A stretch of 64,000 nucleotides of DNA from Lama guanicoe (GCA_013239625.1 MU053881.1:8331957-8395956); one strand, 5' to 3'. Numbered from the stretch's first letter, positions 14,101-27,597 are shown. A program made the numbers and translations. Notes: generated by a model not told the origin, from the sequence alone.

Positions 14101-17100
14101 TGTTTTGGGGGCTTGATAAAGAACACAGGGTCTAGAACTTCCGCCCACCACTACCCCTTCCCCCAAAAGATTGATTGCCTTTTAATGAGACTTTCAGAAC
14201 CAATGGCCTTTGGTCCTACACCCCAACTCCTCCGAAGACAAAGTGCTAGTAGACATCCCTGCCTGTTGACACAGGCATGCTCGCTCAGCTGCTCTAGTTT
14301 AGGTAAAGTTAGTGCCGTCGCCAGTAATACACATGGTATCTGACAGTCCTAGAGGTTCAGGTAATTTGCCAAATATTAGACTATGAAGATTCCTGAGTTT
14401 TTTTTTTTTAACCTTTGTGTGCAAATGTGATTGCTATATTGTAAGTACCAGTTCTTGAAAGTCCATTTCTGTAAGAAAAATGGTGCAGCTCAAAGGGAAA
14501 AGGTTTTCCTCTGTGTCCAGCGGTACCCCTGCCTCCTAAGAGCAGTCCATCCCATCTTGCCTTGATTTCGAAGGTTGCATGCTTGGGTGGAAAGCTTTAG
14601 CAAGGCAGCAGTTTCCAGATGTCCTTCAGAGCCACTCTACCTGTTATGTGCAAAATTTTTCAAATTTTGTTCAGCGTGACATTTTTCTGTTGAGCACTTT
14701 ATCCTTTTTAGTCTCTTGCATCTGAGAATGTAGTTTAGAAATTCTTTCTCTTTGAAAGCCATGTAAAAACCGATTAAGGGTAATCACTAGAAAAATGAGT
14801 GATGCGTTGTTTTGCATTTAACTTACTGTTTTGTGGTATGTGTAACAAATATGAGAAACATACTACATTTTTGTAGTCGTGCTCTTTGACCTTATGTGAC
14901 GTGCTATGCCATGAAATGTCAGTCGATGTCCTATTTTCCCAGTAAGCTTGTTTATTTTAGGGTATTTTATCCTACTGCGGAAGGAATTCAGCCAGCTTTG
15001 TTTCTATCATCAGATAACCTCAGAAAATAATGTGCTTTATCTATATCACTGCCTGTTTTTAATGTTTTATATTTCTACTGAGCCTAGTAGTTGATCAGCA
15101 AAGACCCCAAAATGTGAGTAATTTTTTTTCCTCCTTTAAGGTATTTGAATAGCCTATTGAAAATAATGGTTCTGTGAAAAATAAGCCATCCCAGCTTTTC
15201 GACCATATCTAAATTTTCAGTGATTTCCACTTCCACGAAGCTCAAGTGTCTTCTTAAAGCAGTCCCGTTGTTCCTGTTACCTGTCTTCAGTGGTCGTGGG
15301 GTCGTAACTTGAACAGAAAAGTCACCAGCCACTGGTCTGACTTCTCTGAATATTATTTTTTTTATTTGTGAAATGAGGGTTTGATTTGTTTTCAGTGGGA
15401 AGTGACTGGATAATGATCAGGATCTTGATAAAGGCAGTTGCTCCGTTCATTGCAGCGTTTGAAATGACAAAAACAGTTTTTTCAGACATTCAGCGTCATG
15501 TTTTAGAGTTTGGTTTTTTTTTTGTGTATGTTGAGAGGTACTAGATTTCGGATTCTCACCAAACCACTAGAGTTAGTTATTCTCTCATAACGTTATGTTA
15601 TTGCCTGTAATGGCCAAGTAGTAGCTATACCTTAAAGTAATATGAAGGGTTTATATCTGTGTATACATATAAAAAATTGGATGTGTATGTGCTTTAATCT
15701 GTAAAGGTATCTAATTTTTATTGTGCTATAACTTCAGCATTATATGGGCATTATTATAACTTTCCCATTGTACAAAAAGAAACATACCACTAAATTTATG
15801 GGTGTTTGAAATTAGGTCTATTGGGGGTTCTTTTAGCGGCCCTTTTCTTTAAGCTGTTTCTTACTTCTGATCATTCTGAGTGGGGATGGATGTGGGATAA
15901 ACCCCTCCTGGAGTTATTTACTGCTTTTGTCAAACACAGTTCATAGTGGAATGTATAAAACACAGTTTTAATTACCTGCAAGTGAGTTGAAATGGAGTGT
16001 AGTCACCTACATCAAATAGGATAAAGACCCAAAATACCTTTATCCTTAGGATTGCCTGAGAATAATCAGGTTGGACATGTGTGTGGTATTTCCAGCTTAC
16101 TATTTAAAATAAATGTACCAATGAGTTGATACTGGGACTTCAGGTACAACAGTTGATGCTGAATGATATGTTTGAGAGGAAACCAATTTTTTTTTTCCTT
16201 TTAAGAAAAAAAAACCTAAAAATCTTTACATTCTGACTCTTTCTGTAGTCAAAAGGTTATTTCTGGTTTTAGATTTCCAGTCTTCTTGCTGCCAGTCATT
16301 TTATGTTCAGAAGAACTAATGAGGCATGTATTTTTCAAAGGAGTGAATGAAGGTAAAATTCAAGGTTTTGAGTTGTATAAATAAGCAGCTAAATTTCAAA
16401 TCTAAGATATTGCTGATTTTTTTCCTATTTCTTAACATTTTTCATACATAGCAGTGCTTATAGTACCAGTAGCTTTCAAACAAAACATTTTAGTTTTATA
16501 TAATTTGTAAAATATACATATATAATAATGCAGATAGTTTGAGATTAATTTAGCTTTACATGCTGTCTCTGAATCGTCGAGATCTCACACGTCACACAGT
16601 TGGTAATTGTCACAAATATTAAGCCATTTGAAATTTGCCACTTTTTTTTCTGAGGTGCCCTCTTTAGTTTACAACATTTGAAAACAAAAGATAACTTTGT
16701 AGACCTAACATCAATATTCTGGTCTCCTTGTCCCAAATAGAATTAATGGAATGCGGATATAAGTCAGGTTAAGATGGTTTTATCATGTTTATGTACATTG
16801 TGTGCTTTGACTTTATTTGAACTACAGTGAAACTTGGACTTTTAACTGAAGTTGAATGACATTTGTCTTCTGCCCAGGTATCAACCAAATCATACGTTGA
16901 AGATGTTTATGTGTTACTTTTACTTACAGAAGCCATTTCTGTTTAAGTTGCCTTATTCTATCTATTGCATTGTTCTTGCCAAGTCTAAGCTCTGTCTTGT
17001 TGGAATTCTTTTAACACTGAATCTGTGATGTAAAAATGTATAATGTGCTACAAATTTTATTCATAATAAACTAAGTTATAGCCTATTATAACCTATAAAA

Positions 17101-17400
17101 CATTTCTTGTAAATTGTCTAATTTATTTTTTCATTTATGTACAGTTTCTTATATAAATTTTTAAAATATTTGTTGTGGTCTGTTCTATAAACATTCCTGT
17201 TCGCTTTTCCTTAAGGCTTATTTGCATGAAAGAAACTTGGGTTTTGCTTGTTGGTATTATATGGCCATTAGGCCAACTTCAGGACTCTGTACCTTTTATG
17301 TAGTCTAACTTTTTCTAGTTTTGTTCATATTCTAAATAAGTGCTAAAATCATGCTTTTTATTTCTTACTTTGCAAATAAATTCTCTAAGTTGTTTACTAT
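11123..17400 (+). other. PANK3: Probable long PANK3 3' UTR with candidate poly(A) signals (AATAAA at 11144, 17065, 17375)
   Basis: AT-rich, repeat-poor stretch after the stop; distal AATAAA hexamers followed by U/GU-rich sequence. The true end cannot be determined from sequence. Confidence 0.5.
13275..13568. mobile_element. MER3/MER33-like hAT-Charlie relic in the PANK3 3' region
   Basis: acttacagcaca...ctcagtagccacgt...gtgttagacagtgcag pattern. Confidence 0.55.
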
Positions 17401-19518
17401 ATTATCTTTTTATTTCTTTTATATTCCCACGTTTCCACTTCAATTAAATGTAAGGTTTTAACTGAAATCAACTAGAGTAGAATGCACACTCTGAGAGCAA
17501 GGACTTTGTAAAGTCTTGTTCACCTGTGTGTTCCCGGTACTTGGCACAGAGAAGGCATTCAGTGAAAATACGCGAGTGAATTAATTGTAGAGAAAGTGTC
17601 CTTATCGATCTCGTCTGCCTGTGTAAGGTGGGAGTAACGGTAGATTTTCCCCACTCTCCTCCCCAACATCAGAAAGCACAGGTATGCGGTTCAGACCATC
17701 ATGAAATTTGCCTTACGCTTATTAACACGTGGAAAGCTTTGCTTTTCCTTGAAATGAGGTCAGAAATGCACGTCGTCCGCGGAGTGGTTCCTAGATGTGC
17801 TGTACGGGAGATGTGCCAGAACACGTGTGGTGCTTTGGTGCCACTGTTCGCTCGGGGTTATTTCACAAGTGCTTCCTCTAAACCAAAACTTCATTTGTTT
17901 TTAGTAAGTCACGCCTGTTAGCATTGTTGCTGTTTAAAAAAAGCTTTGATGATCTTAATATGTGAGGAATTGGGTTGGAAAATTGACCTCTTGAGTTTTC
18001 AAACTGTACAATTGTCTAGACTCCAAGCATATCGGAGTGGCTGAAAACGTGAACACTACCGCGTGACCTGCGAAGTACATATCCTTTCTGTTTTTGAAAA
18101 AAAAAATTCAGTGAATAGGAACTAGGATGAAAAAGTATGAGGCGGTGACACAGCGGGGAGATGACCGGCTGGGGCGGGAGTCCGGGCTCGGTAGCTGAGC
18201 CCTCCGCGTGTGCGGCGGGCGGGCGGGTGTGCGCCCCGGGGGAGCGCGGCCGGGCGTCGCGCCGCACGCGTTTGGCGGCATGGGGCCAGCTCGAAGCTCC
18301 CCCGTGGACTTTCAGCTGCCAGGAGGGCCGGGGCCCCTCACCCCCCAGGGTGTTCAGGGGTCAACTGTGGTTGAAGGCTACAAACAGAATGAGGATCTGA
18401 GTGCTTCATGCTAAAAAAAATACAGTCCATTCCAGGAGGAAAAGAAAGAAAGGGCTTATAGTGGCTTCTATACGCAGAACTATGTAAATTTTGAAAGCAA
18501 GATGTCTCTTCTTTTGACATGTTCCTCAATGGAGTGTATTGTGTATTGAGCAAACATTGGTCTCTGCATCTAAGATCTGTTGGTCTCTTCCTATGCAAAA
18601 ACCTTTCTAAACTCCTGTTTTAAGATATTCCTATACTTCCGACTTTTGAGGGGTTTTTAAGTTTGGTTTTTGTTCTCTTAAAATAAACCTGGAAAACTCG
18701 TCTCATCTCTGGGACTACCTCCTTGACCTTAAAAACTTGGTATTTAATGTTGCTTTTCCCCCCTGAGGTCCACAATACACCCCAATACTCAACTTACGTT
18801 TAGATAAACAAGTGCACATCTCTGGCCAGGGCTTGAAAGGTAGCCTTTATTTACAGTTTCTGAAAACAGTAACAAAGATTACCAAAACCATAAGGGCATG
18901 TTCTAGAAGAACCCAATTTGTTCCTTTTTCTCTAGGGAGAGTTTGGAATCAGCTACACCCAATTTCTTTGGTGGGGGAAAACCCAACTTGTAGCATATAT
19001 TAAACGTGCCATTCAGAAAATTCAAGGGCATGAACGTGAAAAAGGTAACTGAATACATACTACGTAGGGCTGTGTTTTTTTAAGGTATTTTAACATTGAA
19101 TAAAGAACCTTGATATCTTATGTTTTCAGATCAGATTTACGGGATAGCTGTTTTTAATACTTCAAAACCTGCAGCGAATTTGTAACTGACTCCTGAGTTT
19201 TGTTACTTTTGGTTTGGAGCCTGTTTTATTTTTTGTAATAAACTTTATTAAGGTATGGTTTTAAGTACAATAATATTTGATTATACATTTAAGTAAATGT
19301 AATAAATCTGCACACCCATGTAGCCACCATTCTATTTCCTTCATTCTAGAAGTTCCCTTGATTTCTGTCCTGGTTGATCCCCTCCTGACCCCATCCCCTG
19401 ACAACCACGGATCTGCTTTCTGTCACCAGATTCCATTTTATCTTTTCCACAGCTGTCGCTAAAGTGGGTTCACACCGTAGGCAACTTTATTTCATTTCCA
19501 AACGCTCTAGAGCTACTA

Positions 19519-20335
19519 TAGATATACTTAAGATATACTGCGGGTTCATTCCAGACCACCACCGTAAAGCAAAACATGAATTTTTTGGTTTCCTAGGGAG
19601 CAAAAGAATTATGTTTGTAATACACTGTAGTCTATTAAAGTGTGCAAATTATGTCTAAAAAATGTACATACCTTAATTTTAAATACTGCTAAAAAAGTGG
19701 TAACCACCATCGTCATCCAAGCCTTTAGTGAGTTCTAATCTTTTTAGCTGGTCGGGGGTCCTGCCTCAGTGTTGATGGCTGCTGACTGATCAGTTGGTTG
19801 CTCAAGATTGGAGTGGCTGTGGGAATTTCTTAAAATAAGAACAATGAAATTTGCCACATTAATTGACTTTCATGAGTGATTTCTCTGTAGCATGCAATGC
19901 TGTTTGGTAGCATTTACTCACAGTAGAACGTCTTTCAAAATTGCAGTCAGTCCTCCTAACCCCTGCCACTGCATAATCAGTTATGTTTATGTCATACTCT
20001 AAATGCTTTATTGCTTCAACCAGCTTCACAGCATCTTCACCAGGTGTAGGTCCCATCTTAAGAAACTGTCTTTCCTCGTCCATAAGAAGCAATTCCTCAC
20101 CCACTAAAGTTTTACCATCAGATTGCAGCCATCCAGTCACATCTTCGGGCTCCACTTCTCATTCTAATTTTCTTGCCATTTCCACATCTGCAGTGACACC
20201 CTCCACTGAGGTCTTCACCCCTCAAAGTCATCCACGCAGGTTGGAATCAACTTCCAAACTCCTGTTAACGTTGCTGTGTGGACCTCTTCCCGTGAATCAC
20301 AGACGTTCCGGGTGGCGTCTGGGATGGCGAACACA
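19519..20335 (-). mobile_element. Tigger1 DNA transposon 3' fragment
   Basis: Terminus gcgggttcattccagaccacc; ORF 19859-20155 (EPEDVT..EELLLMDE..TPGEDAV..NFERRSTV) resembles the Tigger1 transposase C-terminus. Confidence 0.85.
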
Positions 20336-22383
20336 GTAGCCACTCACACTTGCGTCACCGTACCCTATTCCCTCTCCTGATTCTGATTATGGAATTTATA
20401 GTTCAATTCCTGACGTGTAAGAAAACTAAATCACTGACATTCTATTTTTTCCTGGATTCTTTTTCCATAATGCTACTTTAGCCCGAAATCTTCCCAGTGC
20501 TGTAAAGGAAAGAAGGCTATCTTGAATCTTAAAGAGACATCCAAATAAAGCTGGGAAAAAAAAATCGTTTTAATTAACATTTTTTAAAAAAAGACTCTTA
20601 GTCTAAGAGCACACTTCAGATTAGAAAAGCCCTAGGATCTTTCACACACCAAGAGCCAGTGACCCAGTAGGTTTGGGCATAGAGAATCCAAGAGTTAGAA
20701 GGAATCTCAGACTGCTGATTCAAGCTCAGGATTTTACAAGGAGGAATAAGTCTCAGAGAAGTCAATTAGATTGACGCACGTCACACAGCAGGTTATTAAT
20801 AGAACTAAAACTCAACCCTAGCTCTCCTCACCCCACTCCAGTGCTTTTTTTTTTTTAACCTCTTCCTTTTGGGCAAGTCGTATATGAGACCAGAACGCTA
20901 TCTAAATAAAATTTTTAATAATTAGGTTATAACATTTAAACAAGGAAGAGCAATCAACATAGAAAAACTGAAAAAACTGCAAGTACACAAGAAAATCATA
21001 GAAAAAAAGTGCAAATATCTCCATGAACACTATAAGTAAACTAAATTTGCTAGTTCAAGGAAATTGTCTGATTGGGTTTAAAGGGGGGATAAAAAAACAC
21101 CTGTATGCTTTTTTAAAATTGATGTTAAAAGAACCTGGACAGTTTGAAATAAAAAAGGAAAAAAAAGATCAGGCCAGCGCCAAAAGAAAACTTACGTAGC
21201 TTTATTAAGACAAGCAAAGTTAACTTGAAGACAAATGCCATCGTTAGGGATGGGGTCATTATGTAATCATAAAATGAAGCAAAAAGACATAACAGTTTAA
21301 AATATGTACGCAAGTAATAAGAGCTAAATAAATAGCAAATAAAGGGAGGGACAGACCTTAAAGACATTTTCACTCCTCGCCTCCCCCACCTCGTCCCCTC
21401 ACCAGCTGCCTCAGGGTCCATAAAATGCTGGGTCCATTTGTTCGAGGGCACCTTCAGCAGTGAGAGGACCCCACGATGCTCTGGCCCGCCTGACCCTGGG
21501 TTGGGGGCGCCTTTCCATGGGGGGGAATATAGAACAGGGGAATTGGTGCCTTCTCCAGTTTCAGCCTCTTGCTTTTCCCACCACAGTAAGTGACTGAAGA
21601 CTGAAGGCTCTCATTTTGTGCTCCTTGCCTTTTGGGCTACTCCCACAGCCAGCAGCTCAGCGCTCTCTCCCAGCTCAGCTGAGCTCCTTACAAACAAGCA
21701 CCGTAGGCAGAGCTCAGTCAGGGGCCAGAGGTGGGGGGAATATCAGTAACTTTGTCTTCAGCCACAGACATCAACCCTCCTCCTCTTTGGAATCTCAAGG
21801 AGCAGCCTGGGCTGTCACAGGCGCCCCGCAGAAAAGCTCGGCTGTCTGAGCAGTTATTCAAAGTACTGTCCTAAGGCTGCCTTTCCCAGCCTACGGCAAC
21901 AGTGGTTTGGGGCTTTAAATAGTGGTGTCAGCCCTGGGTCAACATCAGAATCACCTGGGAGGCTCACCAAACACCAGCGCCAGGCCTCCTTCCCCTGAGC
22001 GCCTCTGGTTTTAGTTTCACTGGCTTAGAGAATGAATATGGTTCTGCTCCAGCTCTGTCACACCTTGGGTGATTCCTGCCACTTCCCTGAGCCTCGGCTT
22101 CCTCGTCTGTGATATCGGGGTAGGGACAGTTGCCTCCCGGTGGTGCTGTGAGGAGTCAGTGAAACAAGGTGCCTGGGAGCACCTGGCACGGGATCCCTGC
22201 ACAGTAAATGGTGTCTCCATCAGATCATGAATCAAGGAATTTCCTGTGAGCCCAAGGGCTGAGAAGATGACTTTGAAGAGTTAGAATTGCCTCTTTGAGG
22301 AGGAACAGAGTTTGGAAGGGTGGAGAGGCAAGGGGGCCACTCTTGGCGGTGAGCAACTGGGGCCCCTGCCCTGGGCCTCATAC

Positions 22384-22665
22384 TTTTTTTTTTTTTGATT
22401 AATTAATTTGTGGGGGGAGTAATTAGGTTTTTATTTATTTTTAATGGAGGTACTTTTTAAAATTAATTAATTTGGGGGAGAGGAGATAATTAGGTTTTCA
22501 TTTATTTATTTATAACAGAGGTACGTTTTAAAATTAATTTATTATTTGGGGGGAGGAGACAATGAGGTTTTTATTTATTTATTTGTAATGGAGCTACTGA
22601 GGATTGAACCCAGGACCTTATGCATGCCAGGCACGCACGCTAGCACGGAGCTACAGCTCCCCCCC
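22384..22665 (-). mobile_element. tRNA-derived SINE with triplicated 3' module
   Basis: One head followed by three ~65-bp copies of the 3' segment. Confidence 0.8.
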
Positions 22666-23917
22666 GGATCTGGTACTTTAGAGGACAGCACTCTGGCTTT
22701 CCTCTGTCTGCACCTTGCCCCAGAGGGCAAGGAGTCCACAGGGGCCAAGCGCCATGCCCCCTGGAGCCCAGGCCCCCACCTTCTAGACTGCGCATGAGGC
22801 ACTGGGAGCCCAGCCTGAACAGCCCAGCTCCGCTTCCATTTTCTCCCCTAGGCTCGTCATCCTGAGAGGGGACCATGCTCCCAGTTTGCAACTCTAGTCC
22901 CAAGGGGCTTCAAGTAGGCTGTTTGAAGGGGCACGGGTCAGTTCTTTGATTTGAGGACCGGGAGTCTACAGACATGCCTGTGAGCCCCTTCAGGGCATGG
23001 GTGGGAAGAACCAGGGGTGGGAAAAGGAAGGGGCAGACCACTGGCCAGGGACGCTCAGGCACTCCCTGGCTCCAGGCCACACAGACGTGAGTGGGTAGCG
23101 GGGAGGCCAGTGTTAGTTTTACAGCTGATGTTAACCTGAACGTTCACGTTTCAGTATTTTCTGGTATGTTCTCCTTACTAATTTTAAAATAATACTTTTT
23201 ACAACCAAATAAATGCTTAGCTCTACGCCTGGGACATCATAAGTGTTTGATAAGTACAAGCGTGGCAGAATCCAAGTGCAGCTCAGATGTGCTAAGGCCT
23301 CGTGCTCAGTAGCAGGACTGTGGCTGGGACGGAACCTGCCGGTTGAAAAGAAGTTAGTTTCTTCCGGTTTAAAACAGTCCCTTTTGACCAAAGTCCTCAT
23401 CTCCCTCCCTCCCCGTTCTTTCTCCCCTCATCCCGGGAGGCATCACGGCGGCAGAGGCTGACGGGCATCGGGGTGAGGGTGAGGGTGGGGGTGTGCTCTT
23501 CCCTCTGGCTCCCGCTGGCTCCCGCTGGCTCGGAGTCCATCTAACCTGGTCTTTCAGCATCAGCCTCCTGCCTCGCTGCACCTGCTGGGCTGAGCTCAGC
23601 TGCGGCCAGTTTCTCTGAAACTCAGCAGGAAATTCCACCCAGTTCCCAGCCCTTGAACCAGTCCCCTTAGAAGCCCAGCTAAGTTCCCTCCGCCCCCGCC
23701 CCCTCCCCTTCCTCCGACACACCCCACGGCCTTTGTGTTCGCTGTTAATTCTCAGCTCCCTTGTGATCTTACACTGACAGTAAGAAGAAAGGTGGCAGGA
23801 GGGGACAACATGCGGAGCTCTGTGCAGGGACTTCAGTTGCCCATTGCTCCCCTCAGTCAATTCCCAAAAGCCAGTTAGACGGGCATTTCAGCTGGAAGTT
23901 CTCCTCCAGCCCTAGCC

Positions 23918-24289
23918 TTATGGGCTGCATTGTGCTTCCCCATATTACAAATATTGAAGCCCTATCCCTCAAATGTTATTTGGAGGCTGTGTTTGGAGAC
24001 AGGGCCTTTAAGGAAGTAATTAAAGTTACAGGAGGTCATAAAGGTGGGGCTGTAATTTGATAGGACGGGTGTCCAGAGATCGCTCCCTCTCTCTCTCAAT
24101 CGAAGTCTTTCCTTGTGCACACAGAGCAGAGGCCATGCAAGGACACAGGGAGAAGGCAGCCACTGACTGACAAGCCAAGGAGAGAGGCTTCACCTTGACT
24201 TCCAGCCTCCAGAACGGTGAGAAAGTAACTGTTGTTTAAGGCATCCAGACTGTGGTACCTTGCTATGACAGCCCCAGCAGTTTAAGACA
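23918..24289 (+). mobile_element. MLT1-type MaLR LTR
   Basis: agggcctttaaggaagtaatt...caagccaaggagagagg...ttccagcctccagaacggtgagaaa. Confidence 0.75.
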
Positions 24290-25216
24290 ACTCGAGATCC
24301 CTATTTAATGCCTTTTGGGATCCCAAGCAAGCCAGGTGCCCCCTGTCACTGCTACCTGTTTCCTGAACCTCACTGCCCACTACGGTTACAGTCTCATGCT
24401 TTTTTTCCCTTGTCCTCTGACACCAAGTGTCACCTTCCCTCCTACATTCCCTTAGTCCTTACTCCCACGTTGCTCTTGGGACTTGCCGTGTTGTCCCACT
24501 GGCCCAGGAACCCATCTGCAGCTCAGGGACATTCTTTAGCAGGTTTTTTTCCATGCCATTTCTCCGCTGATGGTCCCACTTCAAGCAGCTTCAAGACATG
24601 CTATAAACAGAGATGCAAATCTCTGCATGTGAGAATGTTTGTATCAACGAAAGAGGCCAAGTTTCCCCTGCTCTGTCCCTGATCCTGGGAGACAGATACC
24701 CCAGGTAAGGAGGCTCCAAGGGTTCCTTATTGAGGCTGAACTGGCTCTGAGGAAGGGCTGGACCCTGTAAGATTCTGGAATTGATCTTCCGGTTTCCTGG
24801 GGGTCTGTTCCCATCCTCCGGGTTTCATCTTAGCAATGAGTTAATCAGCCTCGGATTGGAGAGCAGGTTTTTCAGAGTAAAGGAACCAACGCAACAGACC
24901 TCAGTGGAGGGCCATAGATTTTGTGCGTTTGATTTCTGGCTGTGAGCCTGGGGAATCTTAAGCAAGTCATGTCATCTCTCTAAACTGCAGCTTTCTCACC
25001 TGTTAAATAGGAATGATGATCCTTGTTTGCAGGGCTTTAATGAAGATTTCACACTGTTTATGGAAATGCCTGGTTCAGGGTTCCGTAGACACTTACTCCA
25101 CTCACTCTCTTCTTCCTGAGTCAAGTCTGGCCAACTAATCTGAACTGCAGCTCCCCTCCTCCACTGTGTGTGTGGTGGGGAGGAGGAGAAGTCGGTGGCT
25201 TCTTTGAAAACTTTGA

Positions 25217-25340
25217 GGGGGGAGGGCGTAGCTCAGGTGGTAGAGCGCTTGCCTAGCATGCACCAGGTCCCGGGCTCAATCCCCAGTTCTTCCTCTGAAA
25301 ATAAATAAATAAACAAATCTAATTATCTCCCCCTGACACA
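25217..25340 (+). mobile_element. tRNA-derived SINE
   Basis: gggggagggcgtagctcaggtggtagagcg...ctcaatccccag head. Confidence 0.8.
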
Positions 25341-26547
25341 CACCAAAATTAAGGAAGTATGCCTTCAGAAACTGCAGGCTAACCCTAACCTCTGTCCAAG
25401 CACATCTTTCGGAATCCAGACTCACTCTCCAAATGGCGCATCAGTGAGCAATCACTCCCAGGTTGAAATGTCGATGGCCTTGGCAATTGGCAACGGGGGT
25501 TTCTTGAATGTATGAGTGAATGAACAAATGAAAGGCCTTCTGATAGGCCTGGTTTGGGAGCATGCCCCGCTCTCCTGGGACCGCTCGCTCTCCTGCTCCC
25601 TCTGGACTGGCGTGGGGAGCCACGACTGAATGTCCTGGGAGCAGCAGCTCAGGGTCTGGAGGAAATGCCTTTCAGAGACAGGTGTTTTCAGAACTCCTTC
25701 TTCCACTTGTTCCTCAGCCCCTTGGCGATGCCACCTTGGGTGTGCTATGCCTTGTACTTTGTGAGGTGAACTCAACATCCTGCCTCCCTGCCTTGTTTTG
25801 CTGTTTTGAAATCAAAGGAAAGGGTGGCACAGGGAGATGGGAGAAAGAACACAAAGAAGCCAGAGAGCCCTCCCTGCTGTGTGTGTGTGTCCTTGTGTTG
25901 GGACTTGCGGTCAGCGTGGGCCGCGTGAGGGGGAGGTGAGATCCCACTGGGGTGCAGGAAACAGCAGTGGATTTAGAGCACAAAAGACTGACTTCTTTAC
26001 TAGCTGTGTGAACTTGGGCAAACAGTTTACCTTCATAAGCCCTGTTGCTTCGCATATAAAAGGGCAATGGTGACTAAGCCATCTAGGGGCTGGTGTCATT
26101 ATTACACATACTAAGGAATGCAAAATGGCTTACTTGAAGAGTAAAGTCCTAAAGCTATAGATAGACAGATACTGCGGTTAGGATTCTGCTTGGACTCAGG
26201 CAGGTTGGGTGTGTTTGACTATATTATTGTCCATCAATATCCAGTGCCACTCCCCGGAGTCAGGCTTGGTCATTTGACTTGGTCAAAGTGTAGGAAGTGC
26301 CCCTTCAGTTCCAAAGAGGACTTTACAGGCTCATTAACACTCCCCCCCCCACCCCGACTCTCTTCCCCACCTCTGTGACCAGGGGCCCTGGGGAGTCAGG
26401 ACCCTGAGTGGATGGAACAAGCACCATTCCCAAGCTGTTCCGTGATGGGTCCCTAATACCAGTCGTCTTAGCCGTTTGCTGGATCTTTACAGCAGCAAAA
26501 CCGAATCTGGCTTCACTGATACACCTGGGTGCCATTTCTTTACACTG

Positions 26548-26553
26548 TTTAAT
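26548..26553 (-). promoter_or_regulatory. Candidate FBLL1 poly(A) signal ATTAAA
   Basis: tttaat on + strand, ~90 nt past the FBLL1 stop. Confidence 0.55.
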
Positions 26554-26644
26554 AGAAAAACAACACGCAATGAAACCATATACATAGTAACACTGAACAC
26601 AGCGCAGCCTCGGGGAGATCTCAGGGACAGCCCAAGCTGGGTTG

Positions 26645-27597
26645 CTACTTGCCGCCGCTCTTCGGAAGGGGCCGGTAGACCCCGACAACCACAGCGTGGT
26701 CCCTCTCATAGGGCTCCAGGGTCAGCTGCTCCTGGGGCTTTAAGTTCTCCTGCTGCAACTTCCTCACCTCGGAAGCAAACACCGCCTCGGCAGATGCGGT
26801 GGAGTCGATGCAGTTGGCCTTGATGGAGATGAGGAAGTGGCCCCCGTTACGCAGGAAGGTGTGGGCGTTCAGAGCCACGATGCGGGACTGGTCGGGCTGG
26901 GCCACGTCGGCGAAGATCACGTCCACCATCCCGATGAGCATGCGGTACTTCAGCGGGTGCCGGGCATCTTCGAGGACCGGGATGATGTTGGTTCGCTTCT
27001 TGGCCACGTTGACCAAATCGCGGCCGGCACGGTGGGAGAACTCGACTGCGTAGACCAGGCCATCGGGGCCGATGATGTCGGAGACGTGGGACACAGTGGT
27101 CCCCGAGGCAGCGCCCAGGTACAGCACTTTGGACTTGGGCTTGATGTGAATCTGGTCGACCCCGCCCAGGATGGCAGCGGCCAGCTTGGAGCGGAAGGGG
27201 TTCCACGTGCGGTATTCCTGTTTCACGCCGCCCTCGGTCACCGTGACCCGGCGCTCGCCGTACACCGACTGGCCGGGCACCATGTTCAGCGTCACCAGCG
27301 CGTCCTCCGCCCCGCGATAGATGAAGACGCCCTCGTGCCGGTGCGGTTCCACCGACACCAAGTTGGCGCCCTTCCTGCGGCGGTTCTTGCTCTTGGCCAC
27401 CCCGCCGCGCCGCTGTCCGCCGCCCCCGCGGTCCCTGCCAGCCCTGCCGCCGCGCCCCCGGCCCCGGCCGCCGCCGAAGCTGCACCCGCCCCGCCGCTAT
27501 TGCCTCCTGCTCCCTTGCCTCCGCCGCCGCGACCTCCGCCCCAGCCCCCGCCCGCGCGGCCGCCCGCCCCGCCCCCGCGCGAGCCCGCCGACTTCAT
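26645..27597 (-). CDS. FBLL1: Fibrillarin-like 1 (rRNA 2'-O-methyltransferase-like), intronless; apparent frameshift near 27480-27500
   Basis: gccATG AAG TCG ([10 protein letters not shown]) GAR start at 27597; fibrillarin domain ([57 protein letters not shown]) in ORF 26645-27400; span of 953 nt is not a multiple of 3. Confidence 0.93.

Noticed and set aside
16287..16292. miR-103 seed match in the PANK3 3' region (feedback loop idea)
   Set aside because: Only a 6-mer (TGCTGC) noticed by eye, which is expected by chance in 6 kb; I did not do a systematic scan.
19859..20155. 98-aa ORF as a possible novel gene
   Set aside because: Decayed Tigger1 transposase fragment.
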